Below, in pieces: positions 49,873-58,405 of a stretch of 64,000 nt of DNA (within the stretch, counting starts at the first letter, position 1; each line of letters starts with the position of its first letter). Made by a program: the position numbers and the translations under genes. Source of the DNA: Halanaerobiales bacterium (GTDB lineage Bacteria; Bacillota; Halanaerobiia; Halanaerobiales; M55B127); the NCBI GenBank assembly GCA_034521955.1, contig JAXHLT010000003.1:76990-140989 (forward strand). Direction: 5' to 3'. The notes under the pieces were generated by a model. It was not told the origin of the DNA, did no database searches, and saw nothing but the letters and a program-made list of their open reading frames with translations.

Positions 49873-51554
49873 GTAGACAGATAATTATTAATTCTTGTAT
49901 AAGGGAAAAAAGAGCAGCAATAAAAGAAAATAATAATTTGATTGATCTTATGTTTGAAAGAGATACATATGACCAAATTGTATATAATGTATACAAAGGT
50001 CGAGTTAAAGATGTATTACCTGGTATGCAGGCAGGTTTTGTTGATATTGGATTAGAAAAAAATGCATTTTTACATATCAGTGATGTATATCCCTTATTGA
50101 ATAAGGAACAAGAAAAAAAGTGGAGGAAGAATAATCTTTCAATTAAAGAAGTAATTCAACCAGGACAAAAAATAATGGTACAAGTAGTTAAGGAGCCAAT
50201 AGGTACAAAAGGTGCAAAAGTAACATGTAAAGTAACTTTACCTGGTAGATATTTGGTATTAATGCCATTTGAAAACAGAACAGGAATATCAAGAAGAATT
50301 AATGATAATAAAGAAAGAAATAGATTGAAAGATATAGCTGAAGAATTAATTGGTGATGATTATGGATTAATTGTTAGAACCAATACTGAAGGCAAAGATA
50401 GAGAAATAATAGAAAATGATTTTAATTTCTTATTACATTTATGGAAAACTATTTGGGGAGATTACAAAAAAGCTAAAACACCTGATTTAATCTATAAAGA
50501 TGCTGAATTAACAAAACAAATAGTCAGAGATTATTTAAGCCCAGAAGTTAGTAAAATTGTAATTGATGATGAAAAAGAGTATGAGAAGCTAAATCAACTT
50601 GCTGAAAAAAGTGTGCCGGGTTCACATAATAAAATTCATTTATATGAAAGAAAGACTCCAATATTTGAGACTTATCAAATAGAGAGTGAAATAAAAAAGC
50701 TTTGGAAACGTAAGGTTTGGTTAGAATCAGGCGGGTATGTCATAATTGATAATACTGAAGCATTAGTTTCAATTGATGTTAATACTGGTAAATATACTGG
50801 TAAGAAAAATTTACAAGATACAGTTTTTAGAACAAATCTTGAAGCAGCAATAGAAATTGCTAGGCAGTTAAGATTAAGAGATATTGGTGGTATAATTATA
50901 ATTGATTTCATTGATATGTCAATTGAGAAAAACAAAGAAGAAGTGTTGAGGGTATTACAAGAAGAGCTTGCAAAAGATAGAACTAAAACTGCACTTTTAG
51001 GTTTAACAAAATTAGGGTTAGTTGAGATTACTAGAAAAAAGGTAAGAGAAGAGCTTGGAGAACTTTACCAAAAAGACTGTCCTTACTGTAATGGAACTGG
51101 ATTGGTAATGTCTGAAACTACAATGGCAATGAATATTATTAGGGAACTTAAAAGCTTATCTACAGAAGAGAATGTTGAAGCAATATTACTTGAACTTCAT
51201 CCAGATGTGGCAGCTGTCTTAATTGGAGCTGGAGGAGATAAGTTATCTGAATTAGAAAAATATCTTAATATGGATATTTATATTAGAGGAAATAATGAAT
51301 ATCATATAGAAAGCTATGAAATTATAAGTAAGGGTAGTAAAAAGGATTTAAAAAGAATGGCTTTACCGGTTAATGAAGGTGAAAAGTATAATGTATATAT
51401 TGAAGATAATCATCTGCATAATGAAGATGATGGAATCGCAAGATTTAAAGGTTATATCATTATAGTAAAAGATGGCGGGAGATTAAAAGAAAGAAATGTA
51501 GATGTTGAAATTAAAGAAGTTCACCGCACATTTGCAAAAGCAGAATTAGTTTAA
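49869..51554 (+). CDS. rng: Rne/Rng-family ribonuclease (RNase G-like) with a C-terminal TRAM-like domain
   Basis: It has an S1 domain (YKGRVKDVLPGMQAGFVDIG), the catalytic region VSIDVNTGK and CPYCNGTG. The last ~60 aa look TRAM-like (DGIARFKGYIIIV...VDVEIKEV). TTG start. Confidence 0.88.
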   Translation: MSRQIIINSCIREKRAAIKENNNLIDLMFERDTYDQIVYNVYKGRVKDVLPGMQAGFVDIGLEKNAFLHISDVYPLLNKEQEKKWRKNNLSIKEVIQPGQKIMVQVVKEPIGTKGAKVTCKVTLPGRYLVLMPFENRTGISRRINDNKERNRLKDIAEELIGDDYGLIVRTNTEGKDREIIENDFNFLLHLWKTIWGDYKKAKTPDLIYKDAELTKQIVRDYLSPEVSKIVIDDEKEYEKLNQLAEKSVPGSHNKIHLYERKTPIFETYQIESEIKKLWKRKVWLESGGYVIIDNTEALVSIDVNTGKYTGKKNLQDTVFRTNLEAAIEIARQLRLRDIGGIIIIDFIDMSIEKNKEEVLRVLQEELAKDRTKTALLGLTKLGLVEITRKKVREELGELYQKDCPYCNGTGLVMSETTMAMNIIRELKSLSTEENVEAILLELHPDVAAVLIGAGGDKLSELEKYLNMDIYIRGNNEYHIESYEIISKGSKKDLKRMALPVNEGEKYNVYIEDNHLHNEDDGIARFKGYIIIVKDGGRLKERNVDVEIKEVHRTFAKAELV

Positions 51555-51582
51555 ACATACTTGAACTAATTGCTTTGTATCC

Positions 51583-51611
51583 TTGACTATAAGCTTAAAC
51601 TATGCTAAAAT
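51583..51611 (+). promoter_or_regulatory. Sigma-A-type promoter for rplU-rpmA
   Basis: TTGACT (51583-51588), 17-nt spacer, TAAAAT (51606-51611). Confidence 0.65.
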
Positions 51612-51617
51612 AAATTG

Positions 51618-51740
51618 TCGGTAAAATGTGTACCTATAAGATGGTACTCTACCAAAACCGCACGAGATGGGTTTGAAATGTCAATTCATATTGGCTACCT
51701 AATTTTCGGCGAGTCTGAGGTAAGGGAGGTGTATGTAGTA
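51618..51740 (+). promoter_or_regulatory. Structured 5' leader of rplU (candidate L21-leader autoregulatory RNA)
   Basis: An untranslated region of about 120 nt lies between the promoter and the rplU ATG. It carries local hairpins (GTACC..GGTAC; AAACC..GGTTT). The position matches the Firmicutes L21 leader. Not verified against a covariance model. Confidence 0.45.
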
Positions 51741-52052
51741 ATGTATGCAATAATTAAAACCGGAGGAAAGCAGTATAAAGTTAAAGAAGGTCAAATGATT
51801 AAGGTAGAAAAACTGGATGCTGAAAAAGGTGAAGAAGTTAAATTTGAAAAAGTATTACAGTATTCTGATAATGATGGATACCAGTTTGGCAAACCATATC
51901 TTGATGGTGCTGAAGTTTCCGGAAAAGTTATAGAACAAGATAAAAATAAAAAAGTGGTTGTTTTGAAATATAAACCAAAGAGACGTTATTATAAAAAGAC
52001 TGGTCATCGCCAGCCTTATACAAAAGTTTTAATTGAAAATATTAATGTTTAA
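51741..52052 (+). CDS. rplU: 50S ribosomal protein L21
   Basis: ATG at 51741 follows AAGGGAGG. The N-terminus is [14 protein letters not shown]. The track start at 51615 lies in the leader. Confidence 0.95.
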   Translation: MYAIIKTGGKQYKVKEGQMIKVEKLDAEKGEEVKFEKVLQYSDNDGYQFGKPYLDGAEVSGKVIEQDKNKKVVVLKYKPKRRYYKKTGHRQPYTKVLIENINV

Positions 52053-52096
52053 TTTTTTATACAGAAAAATTCAACATACTGAAAGGGGGGAGTTTA

Positions 52097-52375
52097 ATGT
52101 CTCAGAAGAAAGGTGTTGGAAGTTCTAAGAATGGTCGCGATAGTCAATCGAAACGACTTGGAGTAAAAGAATTTGACGGTGAATTTGTTCCTGCAGGTAG
52201 TATTTTAGTTCGTCAGAGGGGAACTAAATTCAAACCTGGTTTGAATGTGGGGAGAGGTAAAGATGATACCCTCTTTTCAAAAGTAGATGGATTTGTTAAA
52301 TTTGAAAGAAAAAATAAAAAATCTCGTCAGATAAGTGTTTATACAGAAGATCAGGTGGAAGCCTTAATAAGTTAA
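52097..52375 (+). CDS. rpmA: 50S ribosomal protein L27 (no N-terminal propeptide)
   Basis: It reads [24 protein letters not shown]..., so it starts directly at the mature-type N-terminus. Confidence 0.95.
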   Translation: MSQKKGVGSSKNGRDSQSKRLGVKEFDGEFVPAGSILVRQRGTKFKPGLNVGRGKDDTLFSKVDGFVKFERKNKKSRQISVYTEDQVEALIS

Positions 52376-52392
52376 TTATCTTTAAAGAAAAT

Positions 52393-52422
52393 CCCTCAGT
52401 ACAATATGTGCTGAGGGTTTTA
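52393..52422 (+). terminator. Intrinsic terminator after rpmA
   Basis: CCCTCAG (52393-52399), a loop, CTGAGGG (52411-52417), then TTTTA. Confidence 0.7.
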
Positions 52423-52453
52423 TTGTCTTAAGAAATGGGGTAGGTGTTACAAA

Positions 52454-53737
52454 ATGTTTGTAGATGAAGTAGTATTTAAAGTAAAGAGCGGTGATGGAGG
52501 TAATGGTGTTGTAAGTTTTAGAAGAGAAAAATATGAAGCTATGGGAGGTCCCGATGGTGGAGATGGTGGCCATGGTGGGGATATTGTATTAGTTGTTGAT
52601 GAAGGTTTAAATACCTTATCTGATTTTAAGTACAATAATTTCTATCAAGCTCCAAGAGGTACCCATGGAAAAGGAAAAGATCAACGCGGGAAAGATGGAA
52701 AAGATCTATATCTAAAAGTGCCACCTGGTACACTAGTTTATGATGATGATACTGATCAACTATTAGCTGATTTAAAAGAAGAGGCCCAAGAATATATATT
52801 GGCTAAAGGTGGAAAAGGTGGAAGAGGTAATGCTAGATTTAAAAAATCTACTAGAAAGGCACCAAAGTTTGCTGAAAATGGTGAAAAGGGAGAAACAATA
52901 AAGGTAAGATTGGAGCTGCAACTACTTGCCGATGTAGGTCTTGTGGGTTATCCAAATGTAGGTAAATCTACTTTAATTTCTAAAGTATCTGCAGCAAAAC
53001 CAGAAATTGCTTCTTATCATTTTACCACACTAAAACCAAATTTGGGTGTTGTATCATATGGTGAATATAGCTCCTATGTAATGGCAGATATCCCTGGTTT
53101 AATAGAGGGGGCTCATAAGGGAGTAGGACTTGGTTATGCATTTTTAAAACATCTAGAACGTACAAGATTATTAATCCATGTTATTGATGTATCAGGTATT
53201 GAAGGAAGAAATCCAATAGAAGACTTTGAAACTATAAATATGGAATTAAAAAATTATGATACTGAATTATATAATCTACCCCAAATCGTTGCATTAAATA
53301 AAATTGACTTAAAAGAAGCTAGAGATAACTTAACTGAAGTAAAAGAAGAGATTGAAAACAGAGGATATAAAGTATTTGCAATTTCTGCTGCAACAGGTGA
53401 AGGAGTAGATGAATTAAAGTATTATACTGGACAAAAATTAGAAGAAACACCTAAAAAAGATAAGGAAGTTAAGGCTAAAGAAAATGTATTAATTAAACCA
53501 GATTTTTCTGAAGAAAAAGAAATAAAAATTAAACAAATATCTGATAACAAATATGAAGTAGTTGGAAAACTAATTGATGAATTAATAGAAAAAACTAATT
53601 TTAGTAATGATGCATCAGTTCAGAGATTATTAAGAATTGTAAGACATCATAATATTGATAAATTAATGAAAGAAAAAGGACTAAAAGATGGAGATACAGT
53701 AATAATTGGTCCAATCGAATTTGACTATATACAATAA
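52454..53737 (+). CDS. obg: GTPase Obg/CgtA
   Basis: It has the Gly-rich Obg fold (SGDGGNGVVSFRREK, GGDGGHGG), G1 GYPNVGKST, G4 NKID and a C-terminal OCT domain. Confidence 0.95.
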   Translation: MFVDEVVFKVKSGDGGNGVVSFRREKYEAMGGPDGGDGGHGGDIVLVVDEGLNTLSDFKYNNFYQAPRGTHGKGKDQRGKDGKDLYLKVPPGTLVYDDDTDQLLADLKEEAQEYILAKGGKGGRGNARFKKSTRKAPKFAENGEKGETIKVRLELQLLADVGLVGYPNVGKSTLISKVSAAKPEIASYHFTTLKPNLGVVSYGEYSSYVMADIPGLIEGAHKGVGLGYAFLKHLERTRLLIHVIDVSGIEGRNPIEDFETINMELKNYDTELYNLPQIVALNKIDLKEARDNLTEVKEEIENRGYKVFAISAATGEGVDELKYYTGQKLEETPKKDKEVKAKENVLIKPDFSEEKEIKIKQISDNKYEVVGKLIDELIEKTNFSNDASVQRLLRIVRHHNIDKLMKEKGLKDGDTVIIGPIEFDYIQ

Positions 53738-53750
53738 GGAGGGATATATA

Positions 53751-54041
53751 ATGCTCACAGGTAAACAACGTAGTTATCTAAGGAGTGAGGCTAATGGATT
53801 AGACCCATATGTACACATTGGTAAAGAGGGTCTAAATGAGTCTGTTTATGAGAAAATAGATGAAGTATTAGATGACCATGAATTAGTTAAAATAAGAGTT
53901 TTAGATAATTCATTAGAAGATATAAAAGAAGTTACCGATAAAGTATGTGAAATGACTGGTGCAGAACAAGTTCAAATTATAGGTAATGTTTTTGTAATAT
54001 ATAGAAAAAATAATGAGGAACCTATTTTTCAATTACCATAA
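53751..54041 (+). CDS. yhbY: YhbY-like CRS1/YhbY RNA-binding protein
   Basis: ATG at 53751 follows AAGGAGGG. It reads LTGKQRSYLRSEANGLDPYVHIGKEGL and is 96 aa. Confidence 0.88.
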   Translation: MLTGKQRSYLRSEANGLDPYVHIGKEGLNESVYEKIDEVLDDHELVKIRVLDNSLEDIKEVTDKVCEMTGAEQVQIIGNVFVIYRKNNEEPIFQLP

Positions 54042-54067
54042 GTATTTTATGAAAGGATGACTAACAA

Positions 54068-55318
54068 ATGAAAGTTGGTATATATTCACTATCATCTCCT
54101 ATTCATGATGAAAATTCAATATCTCAAACTTTAGAACAGTTTTTAAAAGAGCTATCTCATGAGATAGATATTATAGAAATTGATGAAGAGACTTTGACTT
54201 CAAAGAAAAAAGATAATTATGATTTAATAGCAGTTTTTGTGAAAACAGGTGGAACAGAAAACTTATTTAAAGAAATTTATGATAAACTAGACGGCACTAT
54301 TACATTAATAGCAACTTCCTTGCATAATTCCTTAGCAGCATCAATGGAAATTTTAAGTTGGGTTAATACTCAAGGTAAAAAAGGAAGAATTCTTCACGGC
54401 AAACCTAAAACTATTGCTGAAGATTTAAAAAATTTAATAAAAGTAAAAGAAACTAAAAGTTTACTTAATAATAGTAAATTAGGTATAATAGGTGAACCTT
54501 CAGATTGGTTAATAGATAGTCATATAGATAAAGAATTAGTAAAGAAAAACTGGGGAATTAATGTAGTAGATATTGAAATGGCTGAAGTAATCAAAGAATA
54601 TAAAGACATTGATGATAATAGTGCTAAGAGTCTTATTGATGAATTTACCAATAATGCTGTAGAAATTAAAGAGCCTACTAATGATGACCTACTTAAGGCC
54701 TCTAAAGTATATTTTGCATTAAAAAATATCGTACAAAGAAATAATTTGGATGCTTTAACAATAAGATGTTTTGATCTTGTAACAGAGTTAGAAACTACTG
54801 GTTGTCTTGCACTATCAATGTTAAATAATGAAGGGATAGTAGCAGGATGTGAAGGTGATGTGCCAGCAACTGTATCAATGATGATCTTAAATTATTTAAC
54901 AGGACAAGTTCCATTTATGGCAAATCCGGTATCATTAAATATTAAAAATAATAAAGTGAAGTTTGCCCATTGTACTATAGCAACAAGTTCAGTTGATAAT
55001 TATATAATAAGATCTCATTTTGAAACTGGAATTGGTGTTGGAATTCAGGGAGAAGTTAAAAAAGGTGATGTTACTGTATTTAAAATTGGTGGAAAAGACT
55101 TGAGTCATGTGGCATATAAAAATGGTGAATTGGTAACTAATCTAAACAGTGAATTTGCTTGTAGAACACAAGTTTTAGTTGATTTTAATGATGATGATAT
55201 AAGTTATTTTTTAAAAAATCCAATAGGTAATCATCATATTTTAATAGAAGGTAATTATTATGATTTGATCAATCAATTTATTGAAAGTGTTGATTTTAAT
55301 ATATCAAAACATTGGTAG
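54068..55318 (+). CDS. L-fucose/L-arabinose isomerase-like family protein, function unknown
   Basis: It is 416 aa. The central segment RCFDL..TGCLALSMLNNEGIVAGCEGDV resembles the sugar-isomerase (FucI/AraA-like) family. The assignment is by motif recall only. Confidence 0.45.
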   Translation: MKVGIYSLSSPIHDENSISQTLEQFLKELSHEIDIIEIDEETLTSKKKDNYDLIAVFVKTGGTENLFKEIYDKLDGTITLIATSLHNSLAASMEILSWVNTQGKKGRILHGKPKTIAEDLKNLIKVKETKSLLNNSKLGIIGEPSDWLIDSHIDKELVKKNWGINVVDIEMAEVIKEYKDIDDNSAKSLIDEFTNNAVEIKEPTNDDLLKASKVYFALKNIVQRNNLDALTIRCFDLVTELETTGCLALSMLNNEGIVAGCEGDVPATVSMMILNYLTGQVPFMANPVSLNIKNNKVKFAHCTIATSSVDNYIIRSHFETGIGVGIQGEVKKGDVTVFKIGGKDLSHVAYKNGELVTNLNSEFACRTQVLVDFNDDDISYFLKNPIGNHHILIEGNYYDLINQFIESVDFNISKHW

Positions 55319-55330
55319 TGGAGGATAATT

Positions 55331-57256
55331 ATGGTCGTAGTAAATATTGATTCAATATATAAATCATATGGGATTCATGAAGTGTTAAAAAATTTCTCGA
55401 TGTCAGTAAATAAAGGAGAAAAGGTTGCATTAATTGGAGCTAATGGTTCAGGCAAAACCACCATTTTTAAAATTATTAATGGAGATGAAGAGTTCCAACA
55501 AGGTAATTTATCTTTAAAAAATGACATAAGTATTGGTCTATTGGATCAAGAACCCGAATTTGATCTAAATAATAACATTTATCAGGAGTTGCTGACAGTA
55601 TTTTCTCATCTAAAAGAGTTAGAAAAAAAGTTAAAAAGTTATGAAAAAAAGATCAGTAGTTTTGATAAGGACAATGATAATAAACAAAAATTAGATGTAT
55701 TAATGGAAGAATATAGTCAATTAAGTCATAAATATGAAATAAATGGTGGCTATGAATATGAAAATAAAATAATTCAGGTATCTGCTGGATTAGGATTTGA
55801 TAAAAAAGATTTAAAAAAGAAAATTTCTTATCTTAGTGGTGGAGAAAAATCAAGGGTTGGTTTAATAAAACTGCTCTTAAAAAACCCGGATATACTATTA
55901 TTAGATGAACCTACAAATCATCTTGATATATCATCCATTCAGTGGTTAGAAGAATTTCTTATTAATTATAATGGAGCAGTAATTATCATTTCACATGATA
56001 GATACTTTTTAGACCAAGTAATAGAAAGAATAGTTGAAATTAATGGTGGTAAAGAGGAAAAATATTATGGAAATTATTCATATTATTTAGAGGAACGAAA
56101 AAAAAGATTTGAACAAAGAATGAAAGAATATAAAGATCAACAAAAAAAGATAAAGAAATTAGAAGAATCTATTCATCAACTAAGGGTTTGGGGTCGTTCG
56201 AGAGATAGTGAAAAGATGTTTAAAAAAGCTAAGGCTATGGAAAAACGACTTGAAAGAATCGATGAAATGGATAAACCAACTTTACATGGTAAAAAGATGA
56301 ATTTAAATTTAAAATTTAATCGTCGTAGTGGAGATGAGGTTTTAAAAGTAGAAAATATTTGTAAAAAGTTTGAAGATGATAAGATTCTTAAAAACCTTAA
56401 TTTAGACTTATATTGGCAGGATAAGGCCGTTATAATTGGTGCTAATGGTTCAGGCAAGTCAACACTATTAGACATCATAAACGGTGATCTAAAAGCTGAT
56501 GATGGCGAAGTGAAAATCGGCGCAAGTGTTAAAATGGGTTATTATCGTCAGGAATTTGATGTATTTGATCCTGAGGATGATTTAGTGACTACTTTGATAA
56601 AAGAGTGTGATATGAAAATTAGTGAAGCCAGAGATGCACTGGGAGCTTTTTTATTTAGTGATCAGGAAGTATTTAAAAAGATAAAAAATTTAAGTGGTGG
56701 AGAAAAAAGCAGATTAAGACTATTACAGTTAATGAGTGGAGATTATAATTTCTTAATCTTAGATGAACCTACTAATCATTTAGACTTACCATCTAGAGAA
56801 GTTTTAGAAGAAGTTTTAAAAGATTATCCAGGAACGATTTTAGTAGTTTCACATGACCGTTATTTTATAAATAAAATAGTGGATTATACATATGAGTTAG
56901 AGAATAGAAATCTTACTAAATATTATGGTAACTATGAATACTATAAAGAAAAGAAAGATGAACTTAAATCTAATAATAATTTAGATAAAAAGAACAAAAA
57001 GAAAGAAAACAAAGATAATTATTATTTCAGACAGAAAAAAAGAGAACGTGAAGAAAGAAAACGAAAAAGAAAAAAAGAAGAAATTGAGAATGAGATAGAA
57101 GAAAATGAAATATTAAAAAATGAGATAGAGCAAAAAATGACAAAGCCCGAAATTATTGAGGATTATAAAAAGTTAAATAAATTAAAACAAAAACACCAAG
57201 AAATAAAAGAAAAATTAAAAGTCTTATATAATAAATGGGAAGAAGTTATTGATTAA
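55331..57256 (+). CDS. ABC-F family ATPase (translation factor / ribosome-protection type)
   Basis: It has two NBDs (GANGSGKTT twice, LSGGEK twice, LLLDEPTNHLD / LILDEPTNHLD), a helical inter-domain linker, no TM domain and a K/E-rich C-terminal tail. Confidence 0.9.
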   Translation: MVVVNIDSIYKSYGIHEVLKNFSMSVNKGEKVALIGANGSGKTTIFKIINGDEEFQQGNLSLKNDISIGLLDQEPEFDLNNNIYQELLTVFSHLKELEKKLKSYEKKISSFDKDNDNKQKLDVLMEEYSQLSHKYEINGGYEYENKIIQVSAGLGFDKKDLKKKISYLSGGEKSRVGLIKLLLKNPDILLLDEPTNHLDISSIQWLEEFLINYNGAVIIISHDRYFLDQVIERIVEINGGKEEKYYGNYSYYLEERKKRFEQRMKEYKDQQKKIKKLEESIHQLRVWGRSRDSEKMFKKAKAMEKRLERIDEMDKPTLHGKKMNLNLKFNRRSGDEVLKVENICKKFEDDKILKNLNLDLYWQDKAVIIGANGSGKSTLLDIINGDLKADDGEVKIGASVKMGYYRQEFDVFDPEDDLVTTLIKECDMKISEARDALGAFLFSDQEVFKKIKNLSGGEKSRLRLLQLMSGDYNFLILDEPTNHLDLPSREVLEEVLKDYPGTILVVSHDRYFINKIVDYTYELENRNLTKYYGNYEYYKEKKDELKSNNNLDKKNKKKENKDNYYFRQKKREREERKRKRKKEEIENEIEENEILKNEIEQKMTKPEIIEDYKKLNKLKQKHQEIKEKLKVLYNKWEEVID

Positions 57257-57292
57257 AAGATTTTTTGATATAATAAACTTTTCCAATAATTT

Positions 57293-57367
57293 ACCCCTGT
57301 AGCTCAGTGGATAGAGCATCGGCCTCCGGAGCCGAGTGCGCAGGTTCGATTCCTGCTAGGGGTACCA
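57293..57367 (+). tRNA. tRNA-Arg (anticodon CCG), CCA encoded
   Basis: A manual cloverleaf fits. The acceptor is ACCCCTG/TAGGGGT, the D arm GCTC-AGTGGATA-GAGC and the anticodon arm TCGGC-CT-CCG-GA-GCCGA. A 4-nt variable loop, T arm GCAGG-TTCGATT-CCTGC, discriminator A and CCA complete it. Confidence 0.9.
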
Positions 57368-57428
57368 ATTTTATGTTAAAAATTACAAAATATACTAATA
57401 AAATAGTAAAAATAACAAAGAAAAAGGA

Positions 57429-57457
57429 TTGCATTATGTACTTAAATAAGTTATACT
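57429..57457 (+). promoter_or_regulatory. Sigma-A-type promoter upstream of the small ORF
   Basis: TTGCAT (57429-57434), 17-nt spacer, TATACT (57452-57457). Confidence 0.55.
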
Positions 57458-57565
57458 AATTTTAAGAACACGAGATATATTGAGTAGTTTAAATATATAT
57501 TTGGAACAAAGTAGTTTTGTAGCGAGGATGTTCCCTACTAAAACAACGAAAGGGGGACATTTGAA

Positions 57566-57688
57566 ATGTTTGGTATCTACAAGAAAAAGGTGAACAAAAA
57601 GAAGATTAATCACCAATTCAACAGAAATAGCTATAGAGATCAAGTTATAGATGATCTGTTGAAAAATAATGGCTTTTATTTTCTCTAG
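57566..57688 (+). CDS. Small basic protein, 40 aa (MFGIYKKKVNKKKINHQFNRNSYRDQVIDDLLKNNGFYFL), unknown function
   Basis: It is below the ORF-track size cutoff. ATG at 57566 lies 8 nt after AAGGGGGA. It has its own promoter about 100 nt upstream and its own terminator 20 nt downstream. No homolog was recognised. Confidence 0.5.
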   Translation: MFGIYKKKVNKKKINHQFNRNSYRDQVIDDLLKNNGFYFL

Positions 57689-57707
57689 ACAAAAAGTATT
57701 TAAGGAA

Positions 57708-57737
57708 CTGTCGAGTTTAATACTCGGCAGTTTTTTT
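57708..57737 (+). terminator. Intrinsic terminator after the small ORF
   Basis: CTGTCGAGT (57708-57716), loop TTAAT, ACTCGGCAG (57722-57730), T7 (57731-57737). Confidence 0.8.
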
Positions 57738-57826
57738 ATTCTATTTAAATTTAAAATAATCAAACAGGTGTTTTGTATTTTTTCTAGAAATAAAGATATA
57801 TAATGGGTATTTATGGAGGTTAGATT

Positions 57827-58405
57827 ATGTCACTGATGCAAGGTGTTGAATTTTCTCATTGGATTATTGATAATTATCTAGAGAATAATAAAGTTTTAGT
57901 AGATGCAACATGTGGAAATGGTTATGATACTTTATTTTTATCAAATAAATTAGACCAAAATGGAAAAATATATGCTTTTGATATTCAAGAAAGTGCAATT
58001 GAAAATACTAAAGATAAATTAAAAGATAAATCTCTAAATATTGAATATATTAATGATGGGCATGAAAAAATTGATAAATACATAAATGAAAAAATCAACT
58101 GTATAATATATAATTTGGGTTATCTTCCTGGTTCTAGTAAAGATATAATTACTAAAAAGGATACGACAATTAAATCATTACAAAAAGCATTAAAATTATT
58201 AGCTAATAATGGACTTATTGTTTTGGTTATTTATTCAGAACATGAGGGTGGAATAACTGAAAAAGATGCAGTATTAGAGTTTTCCTCTAATTTAGACCAT
58301 AAGAAATATAACGTTTTACACTATCATTTTATAAATCAAAAAATGAATCCGTCAGAAGTAGTTGTGATAAATAGAAGGGGAGAAAAAGATGAAACCAGCA
58401 GTTAA
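57827..58405 (+). CDS. mnmM: Class I SAM-dependent methyltransferase, YtqB/MnmM-like
   Basis: It is 192 aa. The SAM motif I VDATCGNGYDT and the acidic FDIQ motif are present. Size and motifs resemble B. subtilis YtqB (tRNA mnm5s2U methyltransferase MnmM). The specific function is inferred. Confidence 0.55.
   Translation: MSLMQGVEFSHWIIDNYLENNKVLVDATCGNGYDTLFLSNKLDQNGKIYAFDIQESAIENTKDKLKDKSLNIEYINDGHEKIDKYINEKINCIIYNLGYLPGSSKDIITKKDTTIKSLQKALKLLANNGLIVLVIYSEHEGGITEKDAVLEFSSNLDHKKYNVLHYHFINQKMNPSEVVVINRRGEKDETSS

Noticed and set aside
56950-57256. A highly repetitive K/E/R/N-rich coding stretch, considered as a possible separate element or repeat array.
   Set aside because: It is in frame with the second NBD and forms the charged C-terminal coiled-coil tail common in ABC-F proteins. 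No spacer/repeat periodicity is present.
57434-57763. A 109-aa minus-strand ORF in the tRNA-mnmM gap.
   Set aside because: It has no SD and hydrophobic, low-complexity content. It runs antisense through a + strand promoter/SD/ORF/terminator unit that explains the region better.
57293-58405. tRNA-Arg as a possible genomic-island integration site.
   Set aside because: There is no integrase, no direct repeat of the tRNA 3' end that I could see, and no mobile genes downstream. The following genes (mnmM-like, yhaO/yhaN) are conserved Firmicutes core genes.
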